A DNA stretch of 64,000 bases from Fidelibacterota bacterium (GTDB lineage Bacteria; Pseudomonadota; Alphaproteobacteria; Rhodospirillales; Rhodospirillaceae): contig CANJMF010000006.1 of assembly GCA_947475895.1 (NCBI GenBank), positions 17,184 through 81,183 of the forward strand, written 5' to 3'. This document shows, piece after piece, positions 59,926-64,000 of the stretch. A model generated the notes under the pieces. It was not told where the DNA came from and made no database searches. It saw only the letters and a list, made by a program, of their open reading frames with translations. Position numbers and translations under genes: made by a program. Positions within the stretch are counted from its first letter, which is position 1. Each line of letters starts with the position of its first letter.

Positions 59926-60079
59926 AGTAAGCGAACGACTTAAAGAGAAGCTTACTTATGCTCTTCTGATACCAGTGCCCGTGATTTACCGTCCGGAAAA
60001 GCAAAAATGTTGCTTTTCCGGGATATTGGCGCTCTCTGCCAGGCTCGGTTTCCGGGTTTAATCGATTTATGATGATACC

Positions 60080-60703
60080 GTGAGCAGCCTTTCAATACCG
60101 CCGAACGACGTCGAGATCCTGGAAAAACGTACCGTTTTTCAGGGGTATTTTCGCGTCGATTCCTATCGCCTCCGGCACGCGCGTTTTGATGCGGGCTGGA
60201 CATCCCCTATGGAACGCGAAGTTTTTGAGCGTGGACACGCCGCCGCGCTGCTGCCTTACGACCCCGCCCGCAGAGAGTTCATACTCTGCGAGCAGTTTCG
60301 CGTGGGGGCTTTGGCCGCGGGGATGTCCCCTTGGCAAGTGGAGATAGTTGCTGGAATTATCGATGAAAACGAGACACCCGACGACGTAGCGCGTCGTGAA
60401 GTACAGGAAGAAGCCGGATTAACGGCTTTGGAATTGTGGCCTATTCAACGGTATCTCGTCAGCCCCGGTGGAGCGTCGGAGACAGTGTACCTGTACTTGG
60501 GGCGAATTTCCTCTCTTGGGGCGGGAGGTATTTTTGGGCTCGCTTCGGAAAATGAGCATATTCGCGTGAGCATCGTGAGCGAAGATGAACTCGAGCATCT
60601 CGTCGACAAAAACAAATTAACAAACGCGTCGACCATTATCGCCGCACAATGGTTTTTCTTAAATCGAGAGAAAATACGCGCACGATGGGACACAAGCACA
60701 TGA
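60080..60703 (+). CDS. nudF: ADP-ribose pyrophosphatase (Nudix hydrolase)
   Basis: Nudix box GIIDENETPDDVARREVQEEAGL. The flanks (FERGHAAALLPYDP, SPGGASE, ENEHIRV) are collinear with E. coli NudF as I remember it. Confidence 0.85.
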   Translation: MSSLSIPPNDVEILEKRTVFQGYFRVDSYRLRHARFDAGWTSPMEREVFERGHAAALLPYDPARREFILCEQFRVGALAAGMSPWQVEIVAGIIDENETPDDVARREVQEEAGLTALELWPIQRYLVSPGGASETVYLYLGRISSLGAGGIFGLASENEHIRVSIVSEDELEHLVDKNKLTNASTIIAAQWFFLNREKIRARWDTST

Positions 60704-61572
60704 TTACCGACGGCCACAGCCCCTTTGTCAGCACCGAATGGCTAGCCGACCACCTTCGGGACCCCGCGATACGAATTCTCGATGCTAGCTATTTCGTTCC
60801 CGGAGGTATCGACCCGGCCATCGAACAATACCGCACCGGTCACATCCCAAATGCTATTTTTTTTAATGTGAATACCGTTGCGGACACAAAAAAAGCAAAA
60901 GAACACGCATTTCCCGATGCAGCGACATTCGCCGCCGAAATTGGGAAACTAGGTATCGAAAATCGACACCATGTTGTCGTCTATGATCATATTGGGGGGT
61001 GTATCGCCGCTGCACGTGTCTGGTTTATGTTTCGCGCATTTGGCCATACGAGCGTGTCTGTTCTCGCTGGCGGGCGACTAAAATGGATTTCTGAGGGCCG
61101 TGCCCTAACGACTGAGGTGCCTCAATTTTCACCTGCCAGCTTCAACGCGCGGCCGGCGACGTCCACCGTGACAAAAGAAACAGTGCTGGCCGCGTCATTG
61201 AATGGCGCAATACAAATACTGGACGCTCGCTCTAAAGGGCGCTTTGAGGGTACAGAATCCGAGCCGCGCCCCGGTCTGCGCTCCGGCCACATCCCGCAAA
61301 GTCGCAGTCTTCCCTTCACGTCCCTTTTCGACGCAAAAACGCATCTTTGGAAGACGCCAGAACAGATTGCCGCCCTTTTCGATGAAGCGGGGATCAATCT
61401 CGATTCCCCCCTCATCACAACATGCGGCTCGGGCATCAGTGCCTGTACGGTAGCGCTGGGTGCCTACATGGCAGGAAAATCAGATACGCTTATATATGAC
61501 GGGAGCTGGGTGGAATGGGGCGCCGATACCAACCTTCCAATTGAAGTGGGCTCGGCTAAACCGGGCAGTTAA
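60700..61572 (+). CDS. sseA: 3-mercaptopyruvate sulfurtransferase (tandem rhodanese)
   Basis: VSTEWLADHL...ILDAS, GHIPNAIFF, and active site TCGSGISA. ATGA overlap with nudF. Confidence 0.85.
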   Translation: MITDGHSPFVSTEWLADHLRDPAIRILDASYFVPGGIDPAIEQYRTGHIPNAIFFNVNTVADTKKAKEHAFPDAATFAAEIGKLGIENRHHVVVYDHIGGCIAAARVWFMFRAFGHTSVSVLAGGRLKWISEGRALTTEVPQFSPASFNARPATSTVTKETVLAASLNGAIQILDARSKGRFEGTESEPRPGLRSGHIPQSRSLPFTSLFDAKTHLWKTPEQIAALFDEAGINLDSPLITTCGSGISACTVALGAYMAGKSDTLIYDGSWVEWGADTNLPIEVGSAKPGS

Positions 61573-61581
61573 GCATCCAGG

Positions 61582-61818
61582 TTAGTGGCGGAGTATTGCC
61601 GCGAGCCCGGCCTTGTCGGCATTACATGTCGCCAACGCCTCACTGAAAATCGAAAACATTAGCGCAGCATCTCGCCGCGTTGCATCGGGACCAGGTCGCT
61701 CCGGGAAATCATTAGGGGCGAGTAGATCCAATGGAACGGACGGCGGCGGCATTGGAATGAATGTCGTCGTCGGCGCGCTCTGGTAGCTCGTTAAGCGGCC
61801 GGCGCAAAGCAGGAGCAA
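61582..61818 (-). CDS. hypothetical small ORF (weak)
   Basis: 78 codons from a TTG. A competing 46-codon ORF in another frame starts at ATG 61849 behind a good AGGAG. Neither is recognisable. Confidence 0.2.
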   Translation of the reverse strand: MLLLCAGRLTSYQSAPTTTFIPMPPPSVPLDLLAPNDFPERPGPDATRRDAALMFSIFSEALATCNADKAGLAAILRH

Positions 61819-61864
61819 GAGGAGGCATCTTCATTCGGAAAGAAGGCATAAAACACTCCTGCAT

Positions 61865-62095
61865 TTAGAATCGTTTATCCGCACGAAGCGATTTCGCTTG
61901 TTGGCTTTCCTCGTCTGCGAATTGCTCCGACCAATACGCTTCGGGCTTCGCGCCGCCTGGCTTGTCGTTCAAACGTCGGCCATAGCCGATGCACCAATAG
62001 CCGTGCGCATCGCGCACAGGCTCGGGTTCATAACCGATTTGTTTCTTCAAACGCGCGATGCGGGCTTCGTCATTCAACGCCATGGGCAGATCCAA
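61865..62095 (-). pseudogene. fragment resembling the N-terminal lobe of a GH24/T4-type lysozyme
   Basis: NDEARIARLKKQIGYEPEPVRDAHGYWCIGYGRRL parallels T4 lysozyme [25 protein letters not shown] (E...D...T/C-IG-x-G). It is only 76 codons and its start abuts a terminator hairpin. Confidence 0.35.
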
Positions 62096-62098
62096 ATG

Positions 62099-62134
62099 AA
62101 AAACCCCGCACGGGGGTTCCCGGCGGGGTTTTAT
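62099..62134. terminator. bidirectional terminator-like hairpin (AAAACCCCGC ... GCGGGGTTTT)
   Basis: 10-bp stem at 62100-62109 / 62123-62132, just downstream of the 164-aa gene on the minus strand. Confidence 0.7.
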
Positions 62135-62196
62135 GAGATCTCGACAGTGAGAATTATGTCAACGTTTCGAGATTTTGTCAACGACGCACGCCTGCG

Positions 62197-62691
62197 TCAG
62201 TATTCTTTTTTCGAAAAATCGAGATACACATCGAGACTGTCGCGCAATGCACGCACCACAGCGCGCTCGTTCAGCCCCGTGTTCGCGGCGATGAAAGCAG
62301 GCGGCCAATTCAAATTGCATAAACGCCAAACAATTCCGTAACGCGTCACGCCCGGCGCCAGCGTTTTTTCAATTTCGCGTGAAGCCCATGGCTGATGGCA
62401 TTGATGCAAACGTCGCGCGATGGCATGCGACATCGCATCGGGTAATTCGCGGTGCGAGGCCGTGATTCGCATCAGCTCGATCGTGCTGGTGCGGGCCATA
62501 GATCTTTCGAGGGCTTCCCACACATCGTTGATCTCGCGGCCCGCGCGTTCTTGATCGACCGACAAATCGCCGCGCTCCACCAAACCGAGCAAGGCGTCGC
62601 ATTCCAACTTCGCGACGGTTTGCGCCGTCGGCCCAACATGTTCCGCGAAACGCACTTCGGCGCGCGACGGCCGCCCCCTTTTGCGTCCCAT
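62197..62691 (-). CDS. hypothetical protein (164 aa), divergent from the S24 repressor gene
   Basis: ORF with an N-terminal basic stretch (MGRKRGRPSR). No recognised family. Confidence 0.5.
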   Translation of the reverse strand: MGRKRGRPSRAEVRFAEHVGPTAQTVAKLECDALLGLVERGDLSVDQERAGREINDVWEALERSMARTSTIELMRITASHRELPDAMSHAIARRLHQCHQPWASREIEKTLAPGVTRYGIVWRLCNLNWPPAFIAANTGLNERAVVRALRDSLDVYLDFSKKEY

Positions 62692-62716
62692 CGTTCACGC
62701 CTCGTGCGTCGTAATG

Positions 62717-62907
62717 AAAAAGACCGGGAGCCCGTTGGAGAACCGGGCCCCCGGTCGAGGACCCGCGCCACGCCGGTGGGGTATGGGGAGAAACATGGCG
62801 CGGGGAAAAACGGTGGCCCGGATCGCGGGGACAGCCTCCCTTTCCGATGAGCAAGGGACAGGCTTGGGGACGATCCGGGCCATGCGCCGCCGGGTGAAGC
62901 GGCGCAT
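62717..62907 (-). ncRNA. GC-rich structured element: four consecutive perfect hairpins, the last (minus orientation) followed by T5; candidate sRNA or attenuator leader
   Basis: Stems read directly from the sequence: 62722-62728/62750-62756 (7 bp, plus inner 5 bp), 62762-62770/62796-62804 (9 bp), 62814-62825/62871-62882 (12 bp), and 62882-62890/62899-62907 (9 bp). On the minus strand the first of these is followed by TTTTTCATTAC, then the ATG at 62691. Confidence 0.5.
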
Positions 62908-63083
62908 ATAGGAAGCAGAAAATAGGGGGTGTTTTGCATAGACACAGCACTGCGCATTAAAATACACTTGTCTAGGACAAATCGCATTTTTATTCGCTGG
63001 AAAGGCGTAGTGCAATGCGGGATAGTAAAAGAAAAGCCCCCAAGCCAGATGTGCTGCGCTTTCAGCACACTTAGGCGGGGCGA

Positions 63084-63818
63084 ATGGGTGATATGGCGGT
63101 CATCGAGGACAAAACGGCGCTTCAACGTCGCCGTGACTTAGAGGCATTTATCGAGGTGCGTGGGCTAAAGGTTACGCCCTGGGCGAAGCGTGCAGGCGTG
63201 GCTGAGGGCACCGTGCGCAATTTCCTGGCCGGGCGCTCGGCCACACTTACCCAGGCAACAGTTGAAGCCTTGGCCGCGGCGGCCGATGTTTCTCCGGCGG
63301 AAATCTTTCCTTCCGCCTATCACAACTATAGCGGGAATAAATTAAGGCCGCCCAACGAGCAGAATATCGTTGCGCCTCCGAACAAAACTCCTCTAACGTT
63401 TATTGGCAGGGATCATTCGACCTCCACGGGCACAAGGGATCTACCAATCCTTGGTTACGTGAAGGCGGGCGAGTTGGGGTTCTTCCTCGATAACGGCGAT
63501 GTTCGGGGGTATGCCGTGCGCCCAAGCTCTCTGGTTGGTGTCAAAGACGCGTATGCCGTCTATGTCCATGACACATCAATGATTCCGGCCTTCAAGCCCG
63601 GCCGGATTGTCCACGTAGATCCCACCCGTCCCGTCAATCCGGGCGATGATGTCGTCTTTGAATTGGACGACGGCCAGGCCTTCATCAAAGAGTTGGTGCG
63701 GCGCACGGAGAAGTTCGTGATCTGCCGCCAATGGAACCCAACTCAAGAGGTCCGTTACGAAGCGAACCGCGTGAAGTCCTTACATCTTATCGTGTCCGGC
63801 GATCGTATTACGGCTTAG
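63084..63818 (+). CDS. phage CI/LexA-like repressor (N-terminal XRE-type HTH + C-terminal S24 peptidase)
   Basis: HTH region (KVTPWAKRAGVAEGTVRNFLAGRSATLTQATVEALAAAADV). The S24 domain has Ser (VYVHDTSMIPAFKPGRIV) and Lys (AFIKELV). Confidence 0.8.
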   Translation: MGDMAVIEDKTALQRRRDLEAFIEVRGLKVTPWAKRAGVAEGTVRNFLAGRSATLTQATVEALAAAADVSPAEIFPSAYHNYSGNKLRPPNEQNIVAPPNKTPLTFIGRDHSTSTGTRDLPILGYVKAGELGFFLDNGDVRGYAVRPSSLVGVKDAYAVYVHDTSMIPAFKPGRIVHVDPTRPVNPGDDVVFELDDGQAFIKELVRRTEKFVICRQWNPTQEVRYEANRVKSLHLIVSGDRITA

Positions 63819-63957
63819 AGAACGCCGAGTCTCGTTCTAATGCGTGGTAATAAATCCCGCCAATACGTGCCTGCGCGCAGTGTTGGCGCTGCTTTTGATA
63901 AGCTCTCGGACTAGTTGTAGTGATAGAATCGCATCAAGTCGCCGGAATTCTCGTGAC

Positions 63958-63981
63958 AATATCGCATAATAATGCGATATT
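63958..63981. promoter_or_regulatory. perfect 10+10 inverted repeat AATATCGCAT-AATA-ATGCGATATT (operator-like) 10 nt upstream of an ATG at 63991
   Basis: Read directly from the sequence. Related half-sites occur at 63927-63934 (AATCGCAT) and 62979-62987 (AAATCGCAT). Confidence 0.6.
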
Positions 63982-64000
63982 AATGGGGTCATGGCCGAAA

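Noticed and set aside
62369-63125. 193-aa and 217-aa minus-strand ORFs, plus 76/106/132-aa ORFs, across the repressor-proximal spacer
   Set aside because: They are Pro/Arg/Gly-rich, mutually overlapping, and coincide with the GC-rich hairpin array and the 164-aa gene. The stem-loop structure explains the sequence better than coding does.

Overview
The window looks like an alphaproteobacterial chromosome segment. Hand counts of single 60-nt lines give about 52-57% G+C in core genes. Most of it is housekeeping and reads cleanly: gatC-gatA-gatB, ruvX, pyrB plus an overlapping dihydroorotase-like gene, plsY, dprA, topA, rnr, an S41 peptidase, rpmG (absent from the ORF track), divK, rpoH, prfC, ubiX, nudF, sseA, three GSTs and several transporters. 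Four parts look accessory or unusual. (1) The left 12.8 kb is one same-strand cluster. An ECF sigma, a FecR-like anti-sigma and an STN-type TonB-dependent transducer head it, followed by six exported proteins of unknown function: a TAT-signal VOC protein, a DUF1592/DUF1588-type CXXCH lipoprotein, a TAT-signal DUF1552 protein, two paralogous Cys-rich repeat proteins and a 373-aa orphan. (2) At 44.8-49.3 kb a same-strand run holds an IorA/CoxS-like 2Fe-2S subunit, two XdhC-family genes and a MocA-like cytidylyltransferase fusion, but no molybdopterin catalytic subunit. It continues into a ferredoxin-NADP reductase, a ferredoxin, prfC and a RidA-family gene. (3) A low-GC island at about 58.0-60.1 kb carries orphan genes, one apparently split at a G4 run. 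(4) The right end (61.6-64.0 kb) looks like a prophage-type immunity remnant. It has an HTH-S24 repressor, repeated ATCGCAT/ATGCGAT operator-like sites including a perfect 10+10 palindrome, and a lysozyme N-lobe fragment. A 190-nt GC-rich segment there folds into four consecutive perfect hairpins, the last followed by a T-tract just upstream of a 164-aa orphan gene. I found no rRNA, tRNA, CRISPR array or transposase. All family assignments come from motif recognition by eye and need HMM or BLAST confirmation.
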